DNA of 64,000 nt, taken from positions 1,320,989 to 1,384,988 of the forward strand of contig MTMF02000009.1 in assembly GCA_002011125.2 (NCBI GenBank), read 5' to 3'. The notes under the pieces are model-generated. The model ran no database searches. It worked only from the letters and a program-made list of their open reading frames with translations, and was not told the DNA's origin. The translations under genes were made by a program, and so were the position numbers. Shown piece after piece: positions 48,748-57,445 of the stretch (position 1 is the first letter of the stretch; each line of letters opens with the position of its first letter). This stretch comes from Candidatus Hydrothermarchaeum profundi. Its GTDB lineage: Archaea; Hydrothermarchaeota; Hydrothermarchaeia; Hydrothermarchaeales; Hydrothermarchaeaceae.

Positions 48748-49117
48748 TTTTTTTATCATCTTTCTATAAGCTTATTGTAGCGTCTAGATGTAAGTAAAAC
48801 GATTAACCGGAATGCGAAAAAGAATTCATAAGCTAGGTGAAGAAAATTGTTGAAAAAATGGCAGATTATTTTACTAGATCGCTTTCCGATTGATTTTATT
48901 AATGATTTCTGAAGTATTACTAGGCGTAAATAATTTTCTTAGCATAAGAATAACTATAACTGGCCCTCAATATAGAGCCGGATATTTAAATTTTTCACCG
49001 GTGACTTTAAATATTAGGAGATGAAATCAAAACTTCAAAGAAGTTGGAAAACCAGAAGATTAGGCCTGGAGTCTAATTTTTCCTAGTTTTTTCGGCTTCT
49101 AAAAAGGTGTGTATAAA

Positions 49118-49387
49118 ATGGAAGATACGACGTTAGTATGTGTGGAATGTGGAGAAGAGTTTACCTTCTCTGCCGACGAGCAAGAATTTTACATGAGTAA
49201 GGGGTTCATGACCCCGAAAAGGTGTAAGCCCTGTAGAAATAAGATGAAATCTCGTAGAAGAGGTTATGGAGAAAGGAGAATGTATTCGGCGGTATGCGCT
49301 GACTGCGGTATGGAAACGCAGGTTCCTTTTAAGCCTAGAGATGACCGTCCGGTATACTGCAGGGATTGTTACCAGAAAAGAAGGTAG
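49118..49387 (+). CDS. Zinc-ribbon (zf-trcl) + CxxC-x17-CxxC domain protein
   Basis: CVECG..F.FSA.EQ.FY..KGF..PKRC..CR and CADCG...VPF.P...RPVYCRDC. Confidence 0.92.
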   Translation: MEDTTLVCVECGEEFTFSADEQEFYMSKGFMTPKRCKPCRNKMKSRRRGYGERRMYSAVCADCGMETQVPFKPRDDRPVYCRDCYQKRR

Positions 49388-49557
49388 ATTAGCTATTTTG
49401 TAAACCGCTAGATTGTCAATTTAAAGTTGAGAGCATTAGCAAGAGAAAGCTCTACTAAAGAAATTTGACTAAGCTAGATTTATAATTAGCTTTTTTTATA
49501 TATTTATATTGAAAACCTTTTTAATTAGATTGTTTCTGTAATAGTACTGGAGAGCGT

Positions 49558-50505
49558 TTGGAGGAAATAATGGAAAGGGAGATATCACTCAGGGAGTATA
49601 TCTTAGGGATATTTCTAATGAGCATGGGATTTCTATTGAATATCTTATACTGGGGTACCGAATTGCTAATACGTGGTAAGAGTCCTTATGAAGATTTTAT
49701 TGAGGATCCTGTTTCTCATACGTTCATCATCCTTGCAATACCGATGATGATGCTCGTAGGGTACCTATTCATAAGAGAGCGTAAAATGAGGATCCGCCTA
49801 AGAGAGGCCAATAACTTTAAAGACCTCTTCACTGATATCCTGAGTCATGATCTGTTAAATCCGGCAGGAGTTATCAAAAATGCTACAGAGCTGTTATTGG
49901 ATGACTTACCGGAGAGAAAAGAGGCAAAGGTGATAAAGAGAAGTACGGAAAGACTCATAGAAACTATAGAAAACGCTGCAAAGCTCTCTAAGCTCAAGTC
50001 TATTAAAGAAATGGAAAAGGAGATTATAGATTTGAGTAAGATTATAGAGGAAGCTATATCTGAGATGTCTCCTCTAGTCGATGAAGCAGGAATGGTTCTG
50101 GAGAATAAGGTTACTAAACCTCTCCCTGTATACGCTAACCCGTTTATTAAAGATGTCTTCACTAACCTCATCGGCAATGCTGTGAAATATGCTTCTACTG
50201 GTAAAAGGATTATAATAGATTCTGAAGAAAAAGGCAGTAGGGTTAGAATACTAGTTAAAGATTTTGGCCCTGGAATAAAAGATGAAGATAAAGAATACAT
50301 ATTCAGCCGGTTCAAAAGAAGAGAACGAAAGGGAGTTAAAGGTACTGGTCTTGGTCTAGCTATCGCTAGAAATATTGTCAAGCAACATAATGGCAAGATA
50401 TGGGTAGAAGATAATTGGGTAGAATATCGTGATGAAGAAGGGCAAGTTCGTAGGAGGAAACAGGGGAGCATCTTTGTTATAGAATTACCCAAAGCTAAAA
50501 GTTAG
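49558..50505 (+). CDS. Membrane sensor histidine kinase
   Basis: Two TM, SHDLLNP H-box, NLIGNAVKY, DFGPGI, GTGLGL. Confidence 0.92.
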   Translation: MEEIMEREISLREYILGIFLMSMGFLLNILYWGTELLIRGKSPYEDFIEDPVSHTFIILAIPMMMLVGYLFIRERKMRIRLREANNFKDLFTDILSHDLLNPAGVIKNATELLLDDLPERKEAKVIKRSTERLIETIENAAKLSKLKSIKEMEKEIIDLSKIIEEAISEMSPLVDEAGMVLENKVTKPLPVYANPFIKDVFTNLIGNAVKYASTGKRIIIDSEEKGSRVRILVKDFGPGIKDEDKEYIFSRFKRRERKGVKGTGLGLAIARNIVKQHNGKIWVEDNWVEYRDEEGQVRRRKQGSIFVIELPKAKS

Positions 50506-50542
50506 TCTAATACTATATACCGATAAAGTTTGTAGAAGAGCA

Positions 50543-52891
50543 TTATAAAGGCAGCGAGAAAGTAAATTTTGTACCTTTCCCAACTTCACTTTCAATCCAT
50601 ATTTTCCCTTTGTGAGCTTCTATGATGTCTTTAGCTACTGCGAGCCCCATCCCAGTCCCACCGTACCTCCTAGTTGATGTAGCATCTATCTGAAATAGGG
50701 GCTCGAAGATTTTTTTATGATACTTCTCCGGAACGCCGGGTCCGGTGTCTTCAACACAGATTTCTATCTCCCTCTCTTTTTTCATTGCGGTTATCCTCAC
50801 TACTCCCCCCTTTCTGTTAAACTTTATTGCATTATTAATTAGATTCCGTAAAACTTGTACAATTTTATCTTCGTCAGCCGCTATTTCAGCCTCTGCCGGC
50901 ACATTTACTTTTATTGAAATCTCTTTTCGTTTAGCTTCTAATTCTAATTCTGAGATAGCTCTCCTAACTACTTTAGTGAGGTTTATGGCTGTATACACGA
51001 GATGCGTTCTACTTTTATGTTTTCTACCAGCTTCGACTAGGTCCTCGACAATTAGGTCCTGCTTTCGTAGAGCATCTAGAGCTTTAGCGAGTAGTTTATT
51101 TCTCAGCTCTCTATTTTCTTCCTCCATAGCTAGTTCAATCGTGCCCTTAGCAATAGTGATAGGCGTTCTTAGCTCATGACTCACGTTGGCTATAATGTCA
51201 TCCTTAACTTTACCTAGAGATTTTAGCTCGTTATACGCTAGCAATAGGTTTTCCTCTGCTCGCTTTTTCTCGGTTATATCTTCAATCAGGAGTATGGCTC
51301 CATTAAATCTCTTATTCCGATAGAGCGGCACTCCTCGCAATTTTAAAAAAGTTTCTTTACCATAGATAGACTTGAAGGGAGTTTCAATAAAAATCTCTTC
51401 TCCGTTTAATAATCTCTCAAACTCTTCCGCAATCCCTATACTAACGAGGGAGGGTACTCTTCTAATATCCATTCCCATTGCTTTGGATTCTTCTCCTTCA
51501 GGAACTCCCATAATCCTCTTAGCTGCAGCGTTCTCATATATTAGGCGCATATCCTTATCTAGTCTTAGGATACCTAGGGGGGACTTTTCAACTATCTCTT
51601 CGTTAAAGTTTTTAATAAATAGGATCTCTTCATAGGCGCGGTGAAGTTCTCTCTCAGCTTTTTTTAGTGTCGTTATATCTCGTAAGGATAGATGATACGC
51701 AGGCTCGTTATTCCATATGGTTTCTACGACTTGCATCTCTGTGATCTTTTTTTCTTTTTTATGAGGAACACCGACTTCTATAACTTCTTCTGAGACTACT
51801 GGAAATCCAAAGTCTTCTCCGATGAGGTCTTCTGGTTTTTTACCAAAAAGTATTCCTGCGCTTTTATTTGCAAAGCGTATAATACCCCTTTTATCAACAA
51901 TTAAAATAGCGTCAGCGCTCTTTTCAACTAGCGTTCGATATCTGGTTTCGCTCTGTTGTAATGCGTCTTTTACGTGTTCACGTTCTACGTTACTTCGTAG
52001 CACTTTAATACCGAAGGATAGGCTAGATGCTAGGTTTTCCAGTAACTCTACCTCAGTTTTATCGAAGGAATCAGTTCTTTGAGAATAGATATTCAAGGCT
52101 CCAATTACGTTTCCGTCAATAGCTAGTGGAAGAGCAATAGAAGATACATAGTCATGTTTTACGGCAGCATTCCGCCATGGCTTATAATGAGGCTCAGTTA
52201 AAATATTCTTAATTATACATGTCTTTTTCTCCCGGATAGCGGTACCTGTTGGGCCTTTACCTGTCTCTTTATCTCCCCATGTTATCCTGATCTTATCTAA
52301 ATAGCTGTCTTCATAACCAAACCAAGCTATAGGCTGCACGGTCTTTCTTATATCTTGCTTAGCAAAGCCGATCCAAGCTAGTCGGTACCCTCCTTCTTCA
52401 ACGATGATCCTACAGATCTCTCTTAAAAATTCTTTTTCTTCCTTTGCCTGAGCAAGTGCCTGATAGCACTTGCTAATCACTTTAAATGCTCTACCGGTTT
52501 TTTCTAGATCTCTTTTTACTCTCATATGTTCAATAGCGCAGTTAATAGCATGCTGTAGCCTAACGCCACTGACCGGCTTAACTAGATAACAATCAGCACC
52601 CGCTCGTATTGATAGAATACCTAACTCTGGTTTGTTTCGAGCTACAATAATAACAAGGGGTTTATCCGGATGTTGTCTTCGAATTTGAAGTATCTCGCTA
52701 AGTTGATTGTTTTGTCTAAGATTTAATAATAATAGGTCAAAATCCTCCGTTACTAGGGGACCTTCTCCATCTGAGAAGCGGCTAATACGAGTAACTGAAA
52801 TATCGGCAGGTAATGTCTTTTGAATTATTCTGAAGTCGGTAGCGTCGACTCCGATTAAAAGAGTTTTTAGAGTTTTACTCATCCAAGCCAT
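50543..52891 (-). CDS. Cytoplasmic REC-GAF-PAS-PAS histidine kinase
   Basis: Degenerate REC, GAF (YRLAWIG, GPTGTAI, GALNIYS), PAS domains, SHELRTP, NAIKFN, GGTGMGL. Confidence 0.92.
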   Translation of the reverse strand: MAWMSKTLKTLLIGVDATDFRIIQKTLPADISVTRISRFSDGEGPLVTEDFDLLLLNLRQNNQLSEILQIRRQHPDKPLVIIVARNKPELGILSIRAGADCYLVKPVSGVRLQHAINCAIEHMRVKRDLEKTGRAFKVISKCYQALAQAKEEKEFLREICRIIVEEGGYRLAWIGFAKQDIRKTVQPIAWFGYEDSYLDKIRITWGDKETGKGPTGTAIREKKTCIIKNILTEPHYKPWRNAAVKHDYVSSIALPLAIDGNVIGALNIYSQRTDSFDKTEVELLENLASSLSFGIKVLRSNVEREHVKDALQQSETRYRTLVEKSADAILIVDKRGIIRFANKSAGILFGKKPEDLIGEDFGFPVVSEEVIEVGVPHKKEKKITEMQVVETIWNNEPAYHLSLRDITTLKKAERELHRAYEEILFIKNFNEEIVEKSPLGILRLDKDMRLIYENAAAKRIMGVPEGEESKAMGMDIRRVPSLVSIGIAEEFERLLNGEEIFIETPFKSIYGKETFLKLRGVPLYRNKRFNGAILLIEDITEKKRAEENLLLAYNELKSLGKVKDDIIANVSHELRTPITIAKGTIELAMEEENRELRNKLLAKALDALRKQDLIVEDLVEAGRKHKSRTHLVYTAINLTKVVRRAISELELEAKRKEISIKVNVPAEAEIAADEDKIVQVLRNLINNAIKFNRKGGVVRITAMKKEREIEICVEDTGPGVPEKYHKKIFEPLFQIDATSTRRYGGTGMGLAVAKDIIEAHKGKIWIESEVGKGTKFTFSLPL

Positions 52892-53083
52892 CTCATAGTA
52901 TTATATATTGCAGGTTTCCTAGATATCTATTTACCCCTACTCACTTTTAATATACTAATCCTAAATTTTTATTATTATATATCTCTTCATGTTTAACCAT
53001 TTATGCTTTTTCTTTAGTGTCAATATATAAAAGAGCTATAAATCAATATAGCTTTCAATAATCAGTACAACAAGTGAGATCAT

Positions 53084-53788
53084 TCAGTGCTCCATTTTTT
53101 TCTTTAATGCAAATATAAATCCAGTCATAACCATTAGAAGATAGAATGCTCCTGCTTTATAAGGAATTCTTTTGGTTTGGATCTCAATAGAAAAATTAGG
53201 ATTTCGCCTAGCACTAAGATTTATTTTGACCGTGTTTTCTCCCTCATTATACACACAGTTAACGCAACTAACCTTTTTAACATCAGCTGAGATCCTTATT
53301 TTTCCTTCGATCCCCCCATATATATAGACGGGATTTCTATCCGCTTCAATGCTTATAGGAAGATAAAAGTAATACGTGTCCCCCCACAGTCTCCTACTAA
53401 ATCCCCTAATCCTCGTGGGGTACTCCATCTTAGCGGATATAATTGCGCTTTGGTTTCCCATCAAGACTACCGGAACTCTATACTCCGTTCTAAACTCGTC
53501 CTCATAAATAATATCCGGGTTGACACTCTGATTGTTTAAATGAATCTCCAATAAGTCGGGCTTACCATTAAAACTATATCTTAAAGCTATCCTCATTTCT
53601 TGACTATAAGGGTTAGATAAGACATATTCATGTTCTAAAATCGTCTTGAATAAAGTTAGCTCCCCCGATACTCTCGCACTCCCCAAGATCTCAATACCCT
53701 CTACCGGTACCGGTTCCCTCACTAATATCGGTTGAGCCATAACTCCTGCAATCAAGATGAGTAATGGTAATAAAACAACCCGTTTCAT
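53084..53788 (-). CDS. Hypothetical secreted protein with C-terminal membrane anchor
   Basis: Signal peptide and C-terminal TM followed by KKK. Confidence 0.65.
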   Translation of the reverse strand: MKRVVLLPLLILIAGVMAQPILVREPVPVEGIEILGSARVSGELTLFKTILEHEYVLSNPYSQEMRIALRYSFNGKPDLLEIHLNNQSVNPDIIYEDEFRTEYRVPVVLMGNQSAIISAKMEYPTRIRGFSRRLWGDTYYFYLPISIEADRNPVYIYGGIEGKIRISADVKKVSCVNCVYNEGENTVKINLSARRNPNFSIEIQTKRIPYKAGAFYLLMVMTGFIFALKKKMEH

Positions 53789-54358
53789 TTACATCACCAA
53801 GAGAATATACTGGAGGACGATACCGACTCCTACAAGGCAAGAAGCTACAATAAAATGGTCATAAAAGGACTTCTCTATCACCAGCCTTTTTTCCTTTATA
53901 AAAAAATAAACAGAATAGCCGAGGTGAAAGGCAGTACTAGCAGAAAACATCATAGCAGATACGAATACACCTAGAACCACGATTACCTTAATGTTAACTA
54001 AGAAGGGGGTAAACTCTAATATCTCGGCAAATGAGGAACCAGAAGCAATACCGATAACAAAAAGAAGGGTCACGGAGGGTATGGTAAGCAGGACCCCTGA
54101 AGCTACGATCGATACCGCAGGAACAATGTTAGATCTAAGAACATCCAAGAATTCTATCTCGGAGTTAACTCCATAGGCCCTACCGTACTCGTATCCCAGA
54201 GATTTCATAGCATAGACAGTCTCCTGATGAATTGGGAATATTGGTTCAAAGCCAAAAGCTGGGCCACGGATAACATCCAGCAACCTGAGAGTGTACCCTA
54301 TAAAGAAACCTGCAAAAAACACTATAGCCGAGATCACCAAAAACTTCCTGTTTTCCAT
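53789..54358 (-). CDS. Membrane protein, SpoIIM-like
   Basis: Multi-TM topology resembling stage II sporulation protein M family. Confidence 0.5.
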   Translation of the reverse strand: MENRKFLVISAIVFFAGFFIGYTLRLLDVIRGPAFGFEPIFPIHQETVYAMKSLGYEYGRAYGVNSEIEFLDVLRSNIVPAVSIVASGVLLTIPSVTLLFVIGIASGSSFAEILEFTPFLVNIKVIVVLGVFVSAMMFSASTAFHLGYSVYFFIKEKRLVIEKSFYDHFIVASCLVGVGIVLQYILLVM

Positions 54359-54653
54359 TTTTTCACTTCATTAGGTTATAGAAAAGAGGGATTTAAGCTT
54401 TTCCTCATTTGACCCATGTATTACATAACACAATTTCCGTATAGGATATCCAACTCATAAGGATAATTAAGGAATATCTGTTGAGAACATGGTACAAGGA
54501 AGATAAAAAGAAGTAGACAGTATTATAATATATAAAAAAGCCCTTCGAAGCAACGTTATGAAACGCTTTTTATTAGCTTCGCCCTACGTAGGCTAATAAT
54601 AACTATAATTCATAGATTTAAAAGTTCCTTCTCAATTTTTAAATATTAAAAGT

Positions 54654-54738
54654 CGCCGGGGGGAGGATTTGAACCCCCGTGCTCCATAGGAGCAGTGGAT
54701 CTCGAGTCCACCGCCTTACCAGACTAGACTACCCCGGC
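54654..54738 (-). tRNA. tRNA-Ser (CGA)
   Basis: GCCGGGG...GTGGA-CT[CGA]GA-TCCAC, long variable arm GCTCC-TAT-GGAGC, TTCAAAT, G73. Confidence 0.96.
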
Positions 54739-54769
54739 TTTAGGTTTTTATAAAGGATTAACTCTAAAA

Positions 54770-55042
54770 CTAGTCTTTTTTTATTTTTCTTTCAAAAAAA
54801 TCCCCGATTATAGTTCCTACTATAAATGCTAATGTCAGATAAATAACACCTATAATAGTTCCAATTAAAGTTGCTCCGAACTTCAGGAAACCGCCAGTTA
54901 TTAAATTTAAGAAAGCAAAGAAGATACCCAAGCCTAAACCTATTTTAAATCCTTTCTTAAGGAGTTCGCCTTTTTTTTCTTTTCCAGGATTGATATATCC
55001 ATAGATAATACCTGTAACAAAAGCTAATAAGTCAAATACCAT
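54770..55042 (-). CDS. Small conserved-looking membrane protein
   Basis: GIIYGYINPGKE, GTIIGDFFE; three hydrophobic segments. Confidence 0.75.
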   Translation of the reverse strand: MVFDLLAFVTGIIYGYINPGKEKKGELLKKGFKIGLGLGIFFAFLNLITGGFLKFGATLIGTIIGVIYLTLAFIVGTIIGDFFERKIKKD

Positions 55043-55125
55043 GGTTAACTTTATTACGAAATTTTATTATTTATTTTTATTGGGGGTAAGTATTTAAAAA
55101 ATAAAAACTTTTTGGAAAATTCGAT

Positions 55126-55278
55126 ATGCAAGTAAACAAAAATCCGACAATAAAAGAGGTAAATAAAAAAGCTGTTTGTAAATGTGCCTATTGCGGCCAA
55201 GTTATCGAGATTTGTACTAGGGACAACCCTTGTCCTATTTGCGGCAGTTCTTTATTCACAGTTGTCTATAAATCCTAA
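55126..55278 (+). CDS. Small CPxCG-type zinc-finger microprotein (50 aa)
   Basis: Manual translation MQVNKNPTIKEVNKKAVCKCAYCGQVIEICTRDNPCPICGSSLFTVVYKS. Confidence 0.7.
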   Translation: MQVNKNPTIKEVNKKAVCKCAYCGQVIEICTRDNPCPICGSSLFTVVYKS

Positions 55279-55492
55279 ATCTTTAAAAAAGCAAACATTT
55301 TTGTAAATTGAATATAATAAATAATATATTTAGAAAAGTATATTATAAAACATATAAATAATTACAATATCTTTTTAAAATTTAAAACATTATTGTAAAA
55401 AAGAGAATTCTGAGGTAGTTAGATAATTAGAGGATATAAATTATTCTACAGCTCTAAAAGTCCGCTTAGAATTGTTCTCATGCGGTCAAATT

Positions 55493-56167
55493 TCAAAAAT
55501 TTTTTAACAATTGTCCTGAAGAAGATAACTTCTCCATAATTTTTACTGTTCTCCAGACTTTTGAATGTGATATTCCTAGTTTTTTAGCTATTTCTCTATA
55601 GCTCATACCTTCCTTTCTAAGATTGATTATATCATGAACTTCACGTTTGGGATATATTTTTTTATGACCATTTTCTGTTCTCGTTTCAAATAGATCAGGG
55701 ACACGGCCCATCCAAAAGCCTTCTCTTTTTAATTTCTGCATTCCAAAGCTAGTTTTTCTTGCTAAATCTTTTCTAAAGTATGTAGCAAACCCTGCCTGCA
55801 TTGTGAACATTAGTTCCCCCTCTGGAGTGGTTATATCAATATCTAAATTGCTGAATCTTAAAAAAACACCATGCTCTGAAAGCTTTTCCACAATAGTTAA
55901 CGCATCCCTAGTATTTCTCGATAATCTATCATTGTGATAGCATAAAACAACTTTAAATAGTCTTTTTTCAGCATCTTCGAGTAATTGAGCTAGGGCAGGT
56001 CTCCCTTCAATAGATTTCCCGCTAACTCCATCGTCGATGTAGATCTTGGTTACCTCAAGCCCCTCTTTTTTTGCCCAATCTATTAAATACTCTTTTTGGG
56101 CTTCGATAGAAGCACCGTAGCTAGCTTGTTCTTCGGTTGAAACTCTTACGTATAACGCAGCTTTCAT
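55493..56167 (-). CDS. Small serine recombinase (resolvase/invertase) with C-terminal HTH
   Basis: YVRVSTEEQ (catalytic Ser), DDGVSG, RPAL, DRLSRN, GMSYREIAKKLGIS. Confidence 0.93.
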   Translation of the reverse strand: MKAALYVRVSTEEQASYGASIEAQKEYLIDWAKKEGLEVTKIYIDDGVSGKSIEGRPALAQLLEDAEKRLFKVVLCYHNDRLSRNTRDALTIVEKLSEHGVFLRFSNLDIDITTPEGELMFTMQAGFATYFRKDLARKTSFGMQKLKREGFWMGRVPDLFETRTENGHKKIYPKREVHDIINLRKEGMSYREIAKKLGISHSKVWRTVKIMEKLSSSGQLLKNF

Positions 56168-56226
56168 AACTGATTTTAGTAAATCGGTGCTTATATTAGT
56201 GTTTCGGAAGGGACCCCTTTCGAAAC
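56168..56226. repeat. Inverted repeats upstream of recombinase (putative res/operator site)
   Basis: GTTTCGGAAGGG-AC-CCCTTTCGAAAC (56201-56226, 1 mismatch) and ACTGATTT-tagt-AAATCGGT next to the start codon. Confidence 0.5.
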
Positions 56227-56258
56227 AGAATTTTTACAGATAACATAATAAGCAACGT

Positions 56259-56774
56259 TTACTTTGGAGTACCAACCAGCATTTCTATTTCTCTAATAAG
56301 AGAGGATACCTCTTCCTTTAATTCTCTGCCCTCTTTGTTCCTTGGTTTTAGCTTATTATTGAGAGATTTAAATCTACCTAAAACTCTTGCCTTGTTATAT
56401 CTGTCTTTTTTGGAGATATTTTTGGATTGCAATTCCTTTTTCATAGATAATAGGGATTCTCTATATCTAATGAGTTTCTCAATAGTGGGGGTGACTCTAG
56501 TGATTGTTTTATCGGTTCTCCCGGAAAGAATTTCGTTAAAACTCTTTATATTTAAAGCTAACATTTCACCTTTCGATGAAAGTCTGATATATTTGGTTCT
56601 GCCTTTTTTTATTGATTCGAGTATGCCTAAGTTCTCCATTTCTTTAATAAGATTAAAAGTATGGGCATATGTACTCTTTATTTCATTGGCTATTTCTGAT
56701 ACATACTTTCTCTTTTTTCCTGCAAGGGAAAGTAAAATCTCTTTACTTACTCTTTGAAAAAATATATCTTCCAT
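56259..56774 (-). CDS. Winged-helix transcriptional regulator with C-terminal helical extension
   Basis: YVSEIANEIKSTYAH..NLIKEME..GI...K.GR.K.IRLS.KG. Confidence 0.8.
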   Translation of the reverse strand: MEDIFFQRVSKEILLSLAGKKRKYVSEIANEIKSTYAHTFNLIKEMENLGILESIKKGRTKYIRLSSKGEMLALNIKSFNEILSGRTDKTITRVTPTIEKLIRYRESLLSMKKELQSKNISKKDRYNKARVLGRFKSLNNKLKPRNKEGRELKEEVSSLIREIEMLVGTPK

Positions 56775-57046
56775 AATATATTTAATAGTATATAAGTATA
56801 TTTAAACTTTTCCTTTTTTTTTCAAAAAAGTTTGCATAATTAAAAAATAATTGAAAAAAACTCTAAGGTAATATTTTAGATACAGAGGTATTATTTGTTC
56901 TATTGTTTTTATTGGATGCCTCTGATCTGAAGAAGCTAAAGAGAAGGAATTCGTAGCTCAATCAATATTATGAGTCCCAACTAGAGGAACTAAGATTAAG
57001 ATAGTACGCAACTTTTAATAGTTACTAGATAAAGAAAATAACTACT

Positions 57047-57445
57047 ATGAAGAAAGTAAAAGATGTTATGACTCCCTATGTTAGGACCATCGGTCCAGAA
57101 GCGACAATGGATGAAGCTGCAAAGTTAATGAAAAAATTTAGAATAGGCTCTTTAGTTGTAGTTGAAAATGACAAACCAGTAGGCATAATAACTGAGCGTG
57201 ACCTAGCATATAAGATAGTCGCTGAAAGGAAACAGAATGCCAAAGTAAAAGAAATTATGTCAAGGGATCTTAAAACAATAGAGAAAGAGAAGACCCTTGT
57301 TGAGGCTGCTAAACTTATGGCTGCTCATGTGATCCGAAGGTTGCCGGTAATGGATAAAGGGAAGCTTGTGGGTATAATTACTCTGGAAGATATAATGAAG
57401 GCAGAAAAGGTAGGTGGAGAGGCAGGGGCTTATTCATTTACCTAA
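57047..57445 (+). CDS. CBS-pair protein
   Basis: VKDVMT, IGSLVVV, GIITERDL, IRRLPV, GIITLEDI. Confidence 0.92.
   Translation: MKKVKDVMTPYVRTIGPEATMDEAAKLMKKFRIGSLVVVENDKPVGIITERDLAYKIVAERKQNAKVKEIMSRDLKTIEKEKTLVEAAKLMAAHVIRRLPVMDKGKLVGIITLEDIMKAEKVGGEAGAYSFT

Noticed and set aside
48980-48995. 16-bp identity (GGATATTTAAATTTTT) with the pylT promoter at 702-717
   Set aside because: Low-complexity BRE/TATA consensus; only a 23-codon ORF follows, so shared regulation cannot be supported
54423-54561. attC-like pattern ACATAAC-N5-TTC(C)G ... CGAA-N5-GTTATGA
   Set aside because: Single copy, interior does not pair, no integron integrase, and flanking genes are on the opposite strand; probably chance
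55280-55490. Replication origin in the AT-rich gap
   Set aside because: No convincing ORB repeats and no cdc6/orc1 gene in the window
47450-56774. Integrative element at tRNA-Ser
   Set aside because: No duplicated tRNA 3' end (att site) was found and there is no tyrosine integrase; the recombinase lies on the 5' side of the tRNA
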